From assembly GCA_002269645.1 (NCBI GenBank), contig NIVC01002283.1:42871-106870 (forward strand): DNA of 64,000 nt. Reading direction: 5' to 3'. This document shows positions 41,294 to 54,676 of this stretch, piece after piece. The translations under genes were made by a program, and so were the position numbers. The notes below the pieces were generated by a model. That model had not been told where the DNA came from. It was given only the letters and a program-made list of their open reading frames with translations, and did not search any database. Source of the stretch: Macrostomum lignano (taxonomy: Eukaryota). Numbering within the stretch: position 1 is the stretch's first letter; each line of letters begins with the position of its first letter.

Positions 41294-44200
41294 ATGGCTG
41301 ATGAGGTAAGTTATTTATTACCTTTGATCTAACACTATTCATCAAAATACTCATAGTTGCTTTAAATTCCAAATGTGACTTTCATTTTATTTTTTCGGCG
41401 AAGTGCAGTTCCTATGGAAAATCGCCTCTAGGGACCAATTTTCTTTGATCGTAAAACATTTGAAACTTATCTTTCGTTTTCTGTAGACATTCTAAACTAT
41501 ATTTTAGCATGGGTTATGGTATGATTCATATTATCTGACTTCTTCAAGTTTACTGCCTCTAGCAGGTCATAGCCATGCATTAGTAAGGACATGGGATATA
41601 ATTTTTGTAGGCCCCTACTTAAACTTAAAGTTAGTGTGCCATAAGCTGTGAGAAAGCTTTTTTTCTGGCTGAAAGTATATTTGATTGAATTGTTATAATA
41701 ATAATAAAATGTTTAATAATTGATCAAACTAGAGTTTTATTTTTAGAAAATAAGATTAAAGTGCATTTTGTATTATTATATTATAACATTAGTTTTATAA
41801 AAAATGAAAGTCTTATGTTTAAAGATAAGTCTATTAAATTTTAAAATAGTTTAAATATGGACCTATGCCTAGTTTATAATTTATTTTATATTTAAAAAAT
41901 ATTTATTTGTATAAGATAATTTTATCTTTGTAATAACTTTTTATCATTAATATTAATTATTACATTTGCTCAATTGATAAAAAATAATAATGTTTTTGAT
42001 TGTCATTGATATAAATATTTTAGACTAATTAAGATTTATATTTTGAGTCATAAAAACAAATTATGATAATAGACTCTAAATTTTTATCCTTAATAGAAAT
42101 AGCATTTTGTTTTTCCATTTTTTTTAAATTTAAACTATTTTATTGTATAGTACTTTATATATACTTATAAAAAGACATTTCCATAGATACAAATCTTACA
42201 TTATATTAAAATTATAATTAAAAAGTAGTGTTCCGCTGCCGCGAGTTTTGACCTCCGTAACCGTAACTGTAGCCGTAAGAAAGAAGCAACTTCCGTAGCC
42301 GAATTTTGCCGTCATTATGGGCTAAAAAAGTCCGTAACCGTAATTTGCCATAACTGTAGCCGTAATGTATAACAAAAATTGATATTTTTGCATGAAAAGT
42401 AGGGCAGACAGAAAAGGACAGATAAAAAGGATAAAAGGATAGCAATAAAACCTACTTGTTGTTCGTTCATGCATTAATATTCATTTATTTTTTCGTAAAT
42501 ATAATATCTTTATCAAAGTATTCTATAGCATTGTTGTATGCAATTGTGTGCTTGGTGCCTTTTTCAGTTTTCTGTGTCGTGATTCTGTTTTGTTTCGCTA
42601 CAATATGAATATATGACTGACGTGCCAAGGTCAATGTGTATGTTTAATATCATTAAATAAATATATGAATTTGTTCAAATAAAACTGCTTCAAAATTTCC
42701 GATGACTAAGAAATTGCATGTTACATTTTTTCATTTTCATTTTATTGCATTGTTTATTGTATTGTCTTCTTTGGTTTCAATCAATTTTCAATCATAATTC
42801 ATATTCTTATCCTATTAGTATTTATTTAGTATTTCCTTATTAATATTCTTTCATCCTTATCCTCATAATCTAAATCTAATATCCTATTTTTATGCTAAGG
42901 AGCTAAATGCTACATATGGCTAAGAAATAAGAATGCCAGATTCTTAGTCTCTTGTAGGCTTTGACTGGCTCTCTCTGTCTCGCTGCTATCATGCTATCGC
43001 TATGCTATGCTATGCCGTATGCCTAATGAGAAAATTCGTGAAAAAATTCGTTTTTCATTTTCAAGAAGTTTCGTAGATATTTAGAAACTTAACAAATGTA
43101 AAAAATAATAATAACTAGTAAAACAAAATGAAAACTGGTTGAAGTTGATATAAAAAAATTCTTTTATAACACTAAACAGTTAAAAATAAATAATTTTTGT
43201 TACAGCTACCAATTACGGCAAGTCTAGAAAAATCTCCGTAATCTGTAACCGTAACCGTAAGCTCAAAATATGTCCGTAACCGTAATCCGTAATGAAAATA
43301 CGGCTTCAAAAGTGTCGTAGCCATAATTTGCCGTAGCCGTAGCCGTAATTACGGCGGAACACTATTAAAAAGATAAAAATTGGTGACTAATACCTATAAA
43401 AATAAGAACTTTATCTTAACTTAAAGAAATTATTTGAATAAACTATTTGACTTTTTGCTAAAATACATTAAGTACATTGTGTCCTTTGGTTCTTGACATT
43501 TTAATATCTAGTTTTGTTATTTTTTATTTATATTAGGGTTAACATGTTGTTATAGCCAAGCCCAAGGCTTATGTTTTTTATTTTGACTATAAAATTTTTT
43601 TTAATCTTGCACTTAAAGAGTATTATTTGTAAATTACTTAATATAAAATTTATCTTTTCTAATTCAAAATTTTGTTATATTAGTACAGTATGTTGCAAAT
43701 ATGTTGTTTATCTTTTCTCACCTGTTTAGAAAAAAAATGACAAGAAAGCCGGCAAGGCCAAGCTCGATGATCTCAAGCAGGAGCTTGACATGGATGAGCA
43801 TCGCATTGACATCCAAGAGCTGTACAGCCGCCTGGAGACCAACCCCACCTCTGGCCTAACTGTCGAGGATGCAGCTCAGAGGCTGGCCAAGTATGGCCGC
43901 AATGAGCTGACACCACCTAAGACTACCCCAGAGTGGGTGAAGTTCTGCAAGACCCTGTTTGGCGGCTTCTCTCTACTGCTATGGATTGGAGCTGTCCTGT
44001 GCTTTTTTGCCTACAGTATCCAGGTCAGTTGGAGCTATAAAACAGCCGTCTATCGCTGTGCCACAGTGATGGCATGGCATAGTGTTGTTGTATTCTCAGG
44101 CTTAGGTGTTTTTAATTGAGTCCTATCTCTCCTATGCTGCTGGCTAGATATGTGTTTAATTGAGTCCTATCTCTCCTATGCTGCTGGCTAGATATGTGTT

Positions 44201-47200
44201 TAATTGAGTCCTATCTCTCCTATGCTGCTGGCTAGATATGTGTTTAATTGAGTCCTATCTCTCCTATGCTGCTGGCTAGATATGTGTTTAATTGAGTCCT
44301 ATCTCTCCTATTCTGCTGGCTAGATATGTGTTTAATTGAGTCCTATCTCTCCTATTCTGCTGGCTAATCCATAATCCGTGCGTTAATCTGCCGAATCCTG
44401 CAGACTGGAGCCTACGAGAATCCGCCAGGAGACAACCTGTACCTGGGCATTGTGCTCACCTTCGTAGTGGTGGTCACCGGCGTGTTCTCCTACTATCAGG
44501 AGGCCAAGTCCGCCAAGATCATGGAGAGCTTCAAGAAAATGGTGCCCCAACACGCCATGGCCCTCCGCGGCGGCCAGAAGCTCAATGTGCCCTCCGAAGA
44601 GCTCGTCATCGGCGATATCGTTGAAGTGAAACTCGGCGACCGCATCCCAGCTGACATTCGAATCATCACCTCGCACGGATTCAAGGTGGACAACTCCTGC
44701 CTGACTGGCGAGTCCGAGGCGCAGTCCCGCACTCCGGAGTACACCAACGAGAACCCGCTCGAGACCAAGAACCTGGCCTTCTTCTCCACTAATGCTGTGG
44801 AAGGTGAGATCGTATGGCTAGTGGCGAGGTTTGGGATTCCCGCTGATGCAAAATCTCTGTTGAGATTCCAGCGGGTGCAAAATCTCTGTTGAGATTCCAG
44901 CGGGTACAAAATATCCATTGAGATTCCAGCGGATGCAAAATCTCCATTGAGATTCCAGCGGGTACAAAATCTCCATTGAGATTCCAGCGGATGCAAAATC
45001 TCCATTGAGATTCCAGCGGGTACAAAATCTCCATTGAGATTCCAGCGGTACAAAATCTCTGTTGAGCAGGGCATCCTATCGCAGGCATACTGCAGTAATT
45101 TAGTTGACTATAGCTCTTCCAATGTACGAAAATGAAATAGATTATAAGCCTAGACAGGCAGTACCAGTACAGTAAGGATGACTGTTAAATGTCGTGTTAG
45201 CTTGGCTGGCCTAGCAGTTGATTAATGTTTTTTGCATTATTTTAGCTACCAGCCTGGCGAGCAAATGCGCATGTTTAATAATGTATCCAGCAGACGGTTT
45301 CAGGCAGTTTTGAGAGAGGCAGAACAGAATTAGCTGGCGGCAGGGCTGTGCAGAGTGGAAAATCCTGCATTCCCCCCAAGCTGAACCAAATCAAGGCAGC
45401 AAGGGTGACATTGGTTACTTTTGTGCTTTGGACTTGTTGTTTTCAACTTGGCACACTCTTCAAGGCAGCCGGCCTGTTCTTTGTTTGCGCTGTTCGGGCC
45501 TGGGGGGCTGCTGAACTGGCACTGGCTCCAGGGCACCTCCTGCAGCCATACACGCACCAGCTGAAGTCTGGACTGAACTGGCGGCGCAAATCTCTCCTAG
45601 TCTGTTCCGGCCCCCTTCCTGCCAGTCAGTCAGCTGGTCGGCCTCTTTGGTTCTTGTTGCACTGGCTTAGCAGGCCCGATTCTGTCCGTTCAGGGTCAGG
45701 GGCCGCGCTCATTCACGCACGGCCATTGTGCAGCCTTCCCGGGGGGTCAGTTTGATTATTGAAAAAACTCTATTTTGTTATAATGCGGAGAGAACAAAGA
45801 CTGGATGGAGCTGTCATCACTTGTCAATAATGCAAGCTATCGTGTGCTTTTCAGTGCAAAAGCTGTCGGTCGCTCTCAAGCCAGCTAGTGCACACGAGTT
45901 CGCCCCGTGAACTGACCGCCCGCCTAAGCCTTTCATTGCCCTCGGACTGGCTGAAGAGCAAAGCAGTTGCTTGGTGACGAGTTTGAAAGTTAACGCACCG
46001 GGCGCACTTGGCACCAAGCATTAGAATTTGCAGTGTTAACACAGTTTACCGACTGGAATGCGGGTCAGTCAGACCTGCACTGGATTGCAACGGCTTGGGC
46101 CTGCCCTGTGTGACCCTTGTGTAACTGTTCCTGGGCTTTCTGTAACGATAAACAAGAATACATTAGTTAGAGTTGCAGCCCCCGTATCGGAGTCCCCAGG
46201 CAGCCCCCCCCCGTATCGTGTTTCCTATCCTATCTGCTAGTATCTCTGCACTGCGTTCGCAGCCTTATCTTAGGCTTACTGGCTTACTGAAAGTTGCTGT
46301 TAAATGCATTGAGCGGAGCGGGGGCCTGGGCGAACGGGTGGCTCGGTTTGCACGAGTCTCATCAATACCTGCTCTCTGTGCTGGCAAAACCACTGCGCAT
46401 TTGCGGGCCTCAGTGCTTCTCTGATTCCACTTCTTTCTCGCTGGGTGTCCCATCGGGCTTGCGCGGGCAGGACGGAGAAGAAAGAAGACCCAGAGAGTCC
46501 CTTCTTTCCCTCTCTCTCTTCTCCCCTCTCTCTCCGGGGAGCAGGACTGCAGAGGCCCTTGCAATTGGGAAGGACAAGCAGAACCTTCGCTTGGCCTTGG
46601 AGCTTCGCATTTGTGTTGAGTGGCCCCCCCCCCCCCAACTGGCCGCCTATTTTTAGCTGCTCTGCCCTCCGTTCCCGCCGCCCTCCGGTCTCCCCTGCCC
46701 CAGCCTGGACATGCAATGGGGAAGAATATCGATTGACTGTCGCTTGGGGCTCTTTCTTGACTTGCAATGGCAAGGGGGAAGAGATCCCCCTGGATCCCCA
46801 GCCGGGCAGCCGTGGGGAGGCGAGAGAGAGAAGGGGGATTTCTAAGAGGGGCTTTAAAGAGTGGCTGGGCTTGAAGAGGAGAAGCTTTGCCAGCCCTTGC
46901 CGCGGCTGGAGCCGAGAAAATTCGCGTACTTGCTAGGCCTGCTCTCCCCCCACACACACGGGCTCTGCATCCCAAAATCGGTCCCGTCTCCCGCTGTGAA
47001 CTGTGTGGCGGGGATAAATTGATCAATGGGGATGCGGCCTGCCCCCCCCCCCTGCCCCACACGGCTCAATCGATTCCATCTGACAGTGAGGAGAGCGGCC
47101 TCCCTGTCTGTCCTTGTGCCTCTCCTACTGCCGCTCTGCGCTGCTGCTCACTGCTGTACACTCAGGATGTGAGATGCCTCCCAGTCTACTGCATCCTGAG

Positions 47201-50200
47201 TAGACGGCAGTAATGCTATTGTGCCGTGAAGAAAAGCATTCTTCCTCTTCCAGCATTTTTCCTCTCACAACCGATGCAGCAATGCTTTGCTGAGTAATTT
47301 TCAAGGCTTGGCTTTGCCCGTGTTTCTCACTGGGGCCTCAATGCAATCCGGCTAAGTAGCCTTGGAACAGGCAGTGTGTTGTTAGCATCTCTGATGACTT
47401 TTCTCCTTAATGACTTTTAGGGAGATTGGAGTCTGGCAAATTGTATTGGTCATTCGTGTATTGAGCTGTGCTGTAGTCTGGCAGATTCTGAACTGTAGTC
47501 TGCCAGATTCTGTACTGTAGTCTGGCAGATTCTGTACTGTAGTCTGGCAGATTATGTACTGTAGTCTGGCAGATTCTGTACTGTAGTCTGGCAGATTCTG
47601 TACTGTAGTCTGACTGGCAGATTCTGTACTGTAGTCTGACTGGCAGATTCTGTACTGTAGTCTGGCAGATTCTGTACTGTAGTCTGACTGGCAGATTCTG
47701 TACTGTAGTCTGGCAGATTCTGTACTGTAGTTTGGCAGATTCTGTACTGTAGTCTGGCAGATTTTGTACTGTAGTCTGGCAGATTCTGTACTTTAGTCTG
47801 GCAGATTCTGTACTGTAGTCTGGCAGATTCCGTACTGTAGTCTGGCAGGTTCTGTAGCAGATTCGCATACTAGCCGTGCTGTCAACGCGCACCCTGCTCC
47901 TCCCCGCCCAGGCGCCTGCACGGGCATCGTGATCTGCACCGGAGACCACACCGTTATGGGCCGCATCGCCAACCTGGCATCGGGCCTGGAGATGGGCGAG
48001 ACCCCCATCGCCAGGGAGATCCAGCACTTCATCCACATCATCACCGGGGTGGCCGTCTTCCTCGGCGTGTCCTTCTTCATCATCGCCTTCATCCTGCAGT
48101 ACAACTGGCTGGAGGCCGTCATCTTCCTCATCGGCATCATCGTGGCCAACGTGCCCGAGGGCCTCCTGGCCACCGTCACCGTCTGCCTGACCCTCACCGC
48201 CAAGCGGATGGCGTCCAAGAACTGCCTGGTGAAGAACCTGGAGGCTGTGGAGACTCTGGGATCGACCAGCACCATCTGCTCCGACAAGACTGGTATGCAA
48301 GCGTGTTAGGGCTGTCAGACAGTCAGTCAGGGTTGTCAGCTTGTCAGCTAAACTGTGTCCGGTCAGGATTTTTAGTCAAGAGGGTGTCAGGATTTGTGGT
48401 CAAGAGGATGTCAGGATTTGTAGTCAAGAGGGTGTCAGGATTTGTAGTCAAGAGGGTGTCAGGATTTGTAGTCAAGAGGGTGTCAGGATTTGTAGTCAAA
48501 AGGGTGTCAGGATTTGTAGTCAAGAGGGTGTCAGGATTTGTAGTCAAGAGGGTGTCAGGATTTGTAGTCAAGAGGGTGTCAGGATTTGCAGTCAAGAGGG
48601 TGTCAGGATTTGTAGTCAAGAGGGTGTCAGAATTTGCAGTCAAGAGGGTGTCAGGATTTGCAGTCAAGAGGGTGTCAGGATTTGTGGTCAAGAGGATGTC
48701 AGGATTTGCAGTCAAGAGGGTGTCAGGATTTGTAGTCAAGAGGGTGTCAGGATTTGTAGTCAAGAGGGTGTCAGGATTTGCAGTCAAGAGGGTGTCAGGA
48801 TTTGTAGTCAAGAGGGTGTCAGGATTTGCAGTCAAGAGGGTGTCAGGATTTGTGGTCAAGAGGATATCAGGATTTGTAGTCAAGAGGGTGTCAGGATTTG
48901 TGGTCAAGAGGATGTCAGGATTTGCAGTCAAGAGGGTGTCAGGATTTGCAGTCAAGAGGGTGTCAGGATTTGCAGTCAAGAGGGTGTCAGGATTTGCAGT
49001 CATGAGGATTTCTCAGGTTTTTTCAATCGGTGGTCAGGCGAGACTCAGATGAGGGAGCGCAGGTCAATGAGGTGATTATCTGATTCCGCACTTGCAGGGT
49101 GTCAGTCAGTCAGGCGAGTCCATGTCATGATTAATTCCATCTATCCATTCCCCCCCCCCCCTACTCCAGCCTAAGTTGGTAGCTGGGGGGACTCCTGGCC
49201 GGCAAGTGCGGCAGGGGAGCCGGGCTTCCCTGGGCATCGACCGCCGGCCCGGAGGCCTCCAATAACGAGCTAACAAGCTGCTCACTGGAGAAGAGAGAGG
49301 CTACTCAGGCCCACATTATAGTTTTGCTAGTGTGGGAGTTTTGCCAGATGGCTCGCATGTGTCCTTTTTAGTTCGCCTCAGCCATGGAGACCCAGCACCA
49401 GATTCTGGATTGCCAACTCCTTTTCCCCGGCTTTAGACACCATTATCACCTCACCTGGCTGCAGTATTGAAGCTGAGCTATTGACCTGCACTACTCACAG
49501 TAGCATCACAGAGCCCAACCCGCGCATTCCCTCACCCAGGCACCCTGACGCAGAACCGCATGACCGTGGCCCACATGTGGTGCAACAATCGCATCCTGGA
49601 GGCGGACACCTCTGAAGAGCAGAACACGGCCGAGTACAACAAGTCATCGCCAGAGTGGATCGCCCTGAGCCGCTGCGCCATGCTGTGCAACCGCGCCGAG
49701 TTCAAGGCCGGCGAGGAGTCCAAGCCCGTGCTCAAGCGCGAGTGCAACGGCGACGCTTCCGAGAGCGCCCTGCTCAAGTGCGTGGAGCTCAGCATCGGCG
49801 GGGTCAGCGAGTACCGCAAGAAGAACACCAAGGTGTGCGAAGTGCCCTTCAACAGCACCAACAAGTACCAGGTGTCCATCCACAAGACTGACGATGGAGA
49901 CAAGCGTTTCCTGCTGGTGATGAAGGGCGCCCCGAGCGCATCCTGGACCGCTGCTCACACATCCTCATCAACGGCAAGGACGTCGTCATGGACGACGAGT
50001 GGAAGAGCGCCTTCAATACCGCCTACGAGGAGCTCGGCGGCATGGGCGAGCGGGTGCTGGGATTCTGCGACTTCCGCCTGCCCGCTGAGGAGTACGCTGA
50101 CGGATACGCCTTCGACCCCGAGGAGCAGAACTTCCCGCTCATGAACCTGCGCTTCGTGGGCCTCATGTCCATGATCGACCCGCCCCGTGCCGCCGTGCCC

Positions 50201-51793
50201 GACGCTGTGGAGAAGTGCCGCTCCGCCGGTATCAAGGTGGGTCAAGCTGGGCCCACTATACCTGATCCGCGACTCTTGTATCCTGACCCTTGAATCCTGC
50301 TGACCCGCGACTTGTATCCTGACCCTTGAATCCTGCTGACCCACGACTTGTATCCTGACCCTTGAATCCTGCTGACCCGCGACTTGTATCCTGACCCTTG
50401 AATCCTGCTGACCCGCGACTCTTGAATCCTGGTGACCCGCGACTCTTGAATCCTGGTGACCCGCGACTCTTGGATCCTGCTGACCCGTGACTCTTGGATC
50501 CTGCTGACCCGCGACTCTTGAATCCTGGTGACCCGCGACTCTTGAATCCTGCTGACCCGTGACTCTTGAATTCTGACCCTTAAATTCTGCTGACCCGTGA
50601 CTCGTGGATCCTGACCCTTGGATCCTGGTGACCCGCAACTCTTGGATCCTGGTGACCCGCGACTCTTGGATCCTGACCCTTGGATCCTGGTGACCCACGA
50701 CTCTTGGATCCTGACCCAGGACTCGGGACGTCTGACCCGTGAATCCCGATGACTCATCAACTCCTGAATCTCGTACTTCGCTGATGACGGCTCACCGACT
50801 CTCCGCCCGCCGCAGGTCATCATGGTGACTGGCGACCACCCGATCACCGCCAAGGCCATCGCCAAGGGCGTCGGCATCATCAGCCCGACCAACAAGACCG
50901 TCGAGGACATCGCCAAGGATCGCAACATGGACCCGTCCATGGTGAACCCCGCGAGGCCCAGGCCTGCGTTGTCCACGGCAGCGACCTGCGCGACATGACC
51001 CCGGCCCAGATTGACGAAATCCTGCGCCACCACGTGGAGATCGTGTTCGCCCGCACCAGCCCGCAGCAGAAGCTCATCATCGTGGAGGGCTGCCAGCGCC
51101 AGGGCGCCATCGTGGCCGTCACGGGCGACGGTGTCAACGACTCCCCGGCGCTAAAGAAGGCCGACATCGGCGTCGCCATGGGCATCGCCGGCAGCGACGT
51201 CAGCAAGCAGGCCGCCGACATGATTCTCCTTGACGACAACTTCGCGTCCATTGTTACCGGCGTAGAGGAGGGCCGCATCATCTTCGACAACCTGAAGAAG
51301 TCCATCGCCTACACGCTGACCTCCAACATCCCGGAGATCTCGCCCTTCCTGCTGTTCATCCTGGCCGACGTGCCGCTGCCTCTCGGCACCATCACCATCC
51401 TGTGCATCGACCTCGGCACCGACATGGTGCCCGCCATCTCCCTGGCCTACGAGGAGGCCGAGAGCGACATCATGAAGAGGAGGCCGCGCGACCCGCAGCA
51501 CGACAATCTGGTTAACGAGCGCCTCATCAGCATGGCCTACGGCCAGATCGGCATGATCCAGGCCAGCGGCGGCTTCTTCGTGTACTTTGTCATCCTGGCC
51601 GAGAACGGCTTCCTGCCCTCCCGCCTGCTCGGCCTGCGCAAGGAGTGGGACAGCGAGGGGGTCAACGACTTGGAGGACAGCTATGGACAGGAATGGGTTA
51701 GTGCCTGTCTGCGCTTGTCTGTCTGCGCTGGCCTGTCTGCGCTTGTCTGTCTGCGCTGGCCTGTCTGCGCTAGCCTGTTCGTCTGTCTGTCCA

Positions 51794-51871
<78 letters not shown>

Positions 51872-52257
51872 AGTCTCACAGAGCCCCACCCCGCCCGCAG
51901 ACCTACGCCCAGCGCAAGCGCCTGGAGTACACCTGCCACACGGCCTTCTTCGCCAGCATCGTGATCGTGCAGTGGACCGACCTGCTGATCTGCAAGACCC
52001 GCAAGAACTCCATCTTCCAGCAGGGCATGTGGAATCACCACATGACCTTCGGCCTGTTCTTCGAGACCACCCTGGCCGCCTTCATGTCCTACTGCCCGGG
52101 GCTGGACAAGGCCCTGCGCATGCAGCCCATGCGCTTCACCTGGTGGCTGCCCGCCCTGCCCTTCTCGGTGGCCATCTTCACCTATGACGAGATTCGCAAG
52201 ACTCTGCTGCGCCGCCTGCCGCCCGGCAACTGGCTGGAGAGGGAGACCTACTACTGA
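41294..52257 (+). CDS. ATP1A: Na+/K+-transporting ATPase alpha subunit (P2C ATPase), 7 exons, about 1007 aa, with two apparent -1 frameshifts
   Basis: Exons 41294-41305, 43730-44023, 44404-44803, 47912-48292, 49540-50236, 50816-51696, 51901-52257. Motifs TGES, VPEGLL, CSDKT|GT, MKGAPERI, MVTGDH, TGDGVND, C-terminal WLERETYY. One C is missing at each of 49930-49933 and 50947-50950. Confidence 0.97.
42226..43364. mobile_element. Non-autonomous hAT-type transposon (1139 bp) in ATPase intron 1
   Basis: TIRs TAGTGTTCCGC / GCGGAACACTA; exact 8-bp TSD TTAAAAAG (42218-42225 and 43365-43372); many CCGTAA/CCGTAG sub-terminal repeats at both ends. Confidence 0.9.
44106..44365. repeat. 44-bp tandem repeat, about 6 copies, ATPase intron 2
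   Basis: TTTAATTGAGTCCTATCTCTCCTATGCTGCTGGCTAGATATGTG. Confidence 0.93.
44835..45065. repeat. 29-bp minisatellite at the start of ATPase intron 3
   Basis: GAGATTCCAGCGGGTACAAAATCTCCATT units. Confidence 0.9.
47470..47855. repeat. 22-bp minisatellite at the end of ATPase intron 3
   Basis: CTGTACTGTAGTCTGGCAGATT units. Confidence 0.93.
48360..49012. repeat. 24-bp minisatellite in ATPase intron 4
   Basis: GTCAAGAGGGTGTCAGGATTTGTA units. Confidence 0.95.
50262..50725. repeat. 24/36-bp minisatellite in ATPase intron 5
   Basis: CTGACCCGCGACTCTTGAATCCTG-type units. Confidence 0.9.
51700..51872. repeat. Degenerate to pure (TCTG)n microsatellite in ATPase intron 6
   Basis: Read directly. Confidence 0.92.
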
Positions 52258-54066
52258 GCAGCGAATGCCTGGCGCTGAGCCCCCGTGCTTGAGCACCTCC
52301 TGCGCTTAGCAGCTGAGCTGGCGGACGGATTTAGCAATCATAGAAATCATTAGAATAATTTTTCTTTTACGTTAATTACAAGCTGAACTGATGCAGGAAC
52401 TTGGAAAACATTGGCACTGATCATCTTTTATATGCATATATATAAGCTGTTCCCCCCCATCGGGTCTCACACCTGACCGGCTCAAACTCTACTGGGAATA
52501 ATGAACTCGTTTTTGCAATAATTCAACTTATAATTACTACTACTATTGTTACTATTACTACTGTAGCTCTAATCCCGCCTGTCTGCTTGCTCTATCCATT
52601 TTTGTGTTTGATTGTTGTGTTGTGCCTCAGCGTCCCCGCCAGGGAGGCCGCCGCCCGGCTGTCTCCCCCCCCTCTCTCTCTTATCCTTAGCCGATTTTTA
52701 AATCAAGCTGTAGGCTGCATAGATTTTTATTATCTTTAGTCGTGTTTCACCTTAGCTCTCTATATTGGGCATCATCTAGCGAAATCTAAGTTAATATTTA
52801 CTGTGCAATGGAGCAGTCCGCATTGGCAATAATATATACACACTTGTTTATTTTTAGTCCATCTTTTGTTTAGATGCAGTTTGTCTTTTTTCCTTCATCT
52901 CTCTGCGTTGCAATACATTGTTTGTGTGCGGCTTGTTTTAAAGCAAGAAGACACATTCTGCGAGTCCACCGGCCTCTGGAACCCCCCTTTTTGCTCACGT
53001 TGGTCATTTTTTCAGACTAGACTGTAGAGCCCCGGCTTAGCGAGTTTTACTACTATTATTATTCTACTGCTATAGCTACTGTTATTCGCGCTAAGCAGTC
53101 AAGGATTAGTCCGTAATCTAACTGCCTTTGTCTGTAGACCAAATGCTAACACAACTGCAGCCCCCACCCAGCCCCGCTGTTCTGCACTGTCGCGTTTTTA
53201 ATTTGAGATTTCATCGGCAGAATTGCCGCGCCGGCTCGCTGCTGGTGTGGCCAGAAAAATACAACAAAAATATTGAACCACAAACTGCCGCAGGCCGGGG
53301 CCGCCCGGCGTCCCCCTCTGTCAGGGGGGAGGCGCGCGGCGAGCCGCTCTCGAATACCTTTTATCGGGCCGATTTTATATTGCAAGACACCGCCGCCGGG
53401 ACAGCCGCCTTTGCTACGTGGACTCCGTTTATTTTTCAACTCTGTCGGCCCTCTAAGCCCGCTGATTAGATATGCAGCTCAGTTAGTCTGCATTCTGCAG
53501 TTTTATGGCTGCAGCGGCTTGTCAGCATAGCCACTCCCTTATCAGTCCTAATGCAATCATACGGGCTCAATCGGGGGAGTCCGAAAGCAGATTGCCTTCT
53601 GGCATGGAAGCAAATGGAGGCTTCTTCGATTCACCAAAGTTCGCAATCCAAGGCAAGGCAGCAGTGCAGTGGTTTTTTATTTTTTACATTGGAGAGATTG
53701 GTATAGAAATTGGGTCAATGCTAAGTAAGAGGACGGAATGCGTCAAAGTTGTGGATATTCTGTTAGGTTAGGTTTTGAATCATTTTAGTATATTGACTAG
53801 CTCTTGGCCCCCTTGAGGGGACTTGTTTAATAAAGCTTCCGTCATACACGTTTTTGTTTGTTTGAATAAAAACGTACGAGCTACTACTACTACTAGTGTA
53901 CAGTTACATGATCGATGCATGCAAAATGGACTTTTTGAATGAAAATTACTTCTGGCACATGTTACATGTAAGCCCCATTCGATACAATTCTTGCTGTGAA
54001 TAACAATATTTAAATGATTTTTTTAATTATTTGTTGTGCGTCAACAATTCAGTGAACATGCATGTA

Positions 54067-54676
54067 TACTGTCCGTCAAAAGTTCCGGAACCCTTGCTAC
54101 GATGTCTTCAGCGGACATAATTTCAGTCCGTTTCAATTGTAACTTGATTCAAATGAAAGCTGCGGATCTCAGCTCCATGATGTGGTCAAGAAAAAGTTTA
54201 TTCGAAGGAGCGCGTGTGAACAGGCCAGTGTTATGTACATAAAGGTTAGAGAAAAAAGTGAGGAAAAGACAAACAAGCAATTGTCTATGGTTGCTGAGTC
54301 TATGGAGCAAACACACATGGGAAGGAATCGGTTTGCGCGCAGTGTTCAGCCTGGCTAACATTAGTCTATGGCCAAAACTTGTGTTGAAATCAACAGGCTC
54401 TTATGGATTCTTGTGCAGTCAGCTTTCATGGGAGAGTAAAAAAGAGTAAAAAACAATTGCTTGTTTGTCTTTTCCTCACTTTTTTTCTCTAACCTTTATG
54501 TACATAACACTGGCCTGTTCACACGCGCTCCTTCGAATAAACTTTTTCTTGACCACATCATGGAGCTGAGATCCGCAGCTTTCATTTGAATCAAGTTACA
54601 ATTGAAACGGACTGAAATTATGTCCGCTAGAAGACATCGTAGCAATTAAGGGTTCCGGAACTTTTGACGGACAGTA
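54067..54676. mobile_element. Near-perfect foldback MITE: arms of about 220 bp around a 168-bp spacer, TA-flanked (Tc1/mariner-like)
   Basis: 54067-54284 is the reverse complement of 54453-54676 with only about 3 small indels; TA lies on both outer sides. Confidence 0.88.

Noticed and set aside
43990-44450. Possible cardiac-glycoside resistance substitutions in the ATPase H1-H2 loop
   Set aside because: The loop [15 protein letters not shown] keeps Gln and Asn at the positions equivalent to 111 and 122, i.e. the ordinary sensitive state.
45100-47400. ORFs of 120-265 aa within ATPase intron 3
   Set aside because: Overlapping on both strands, Pro/Arg/Gly-rich from GC content, with no domain motifs.
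41294-52257. Calling the ATPase (and ENaC, TRP) pseudogenes because of frameshifts
   Set aside because: All motifs and splice sites are intact and each break is a single-base loss in a homopolymer, which fits assembly error better.
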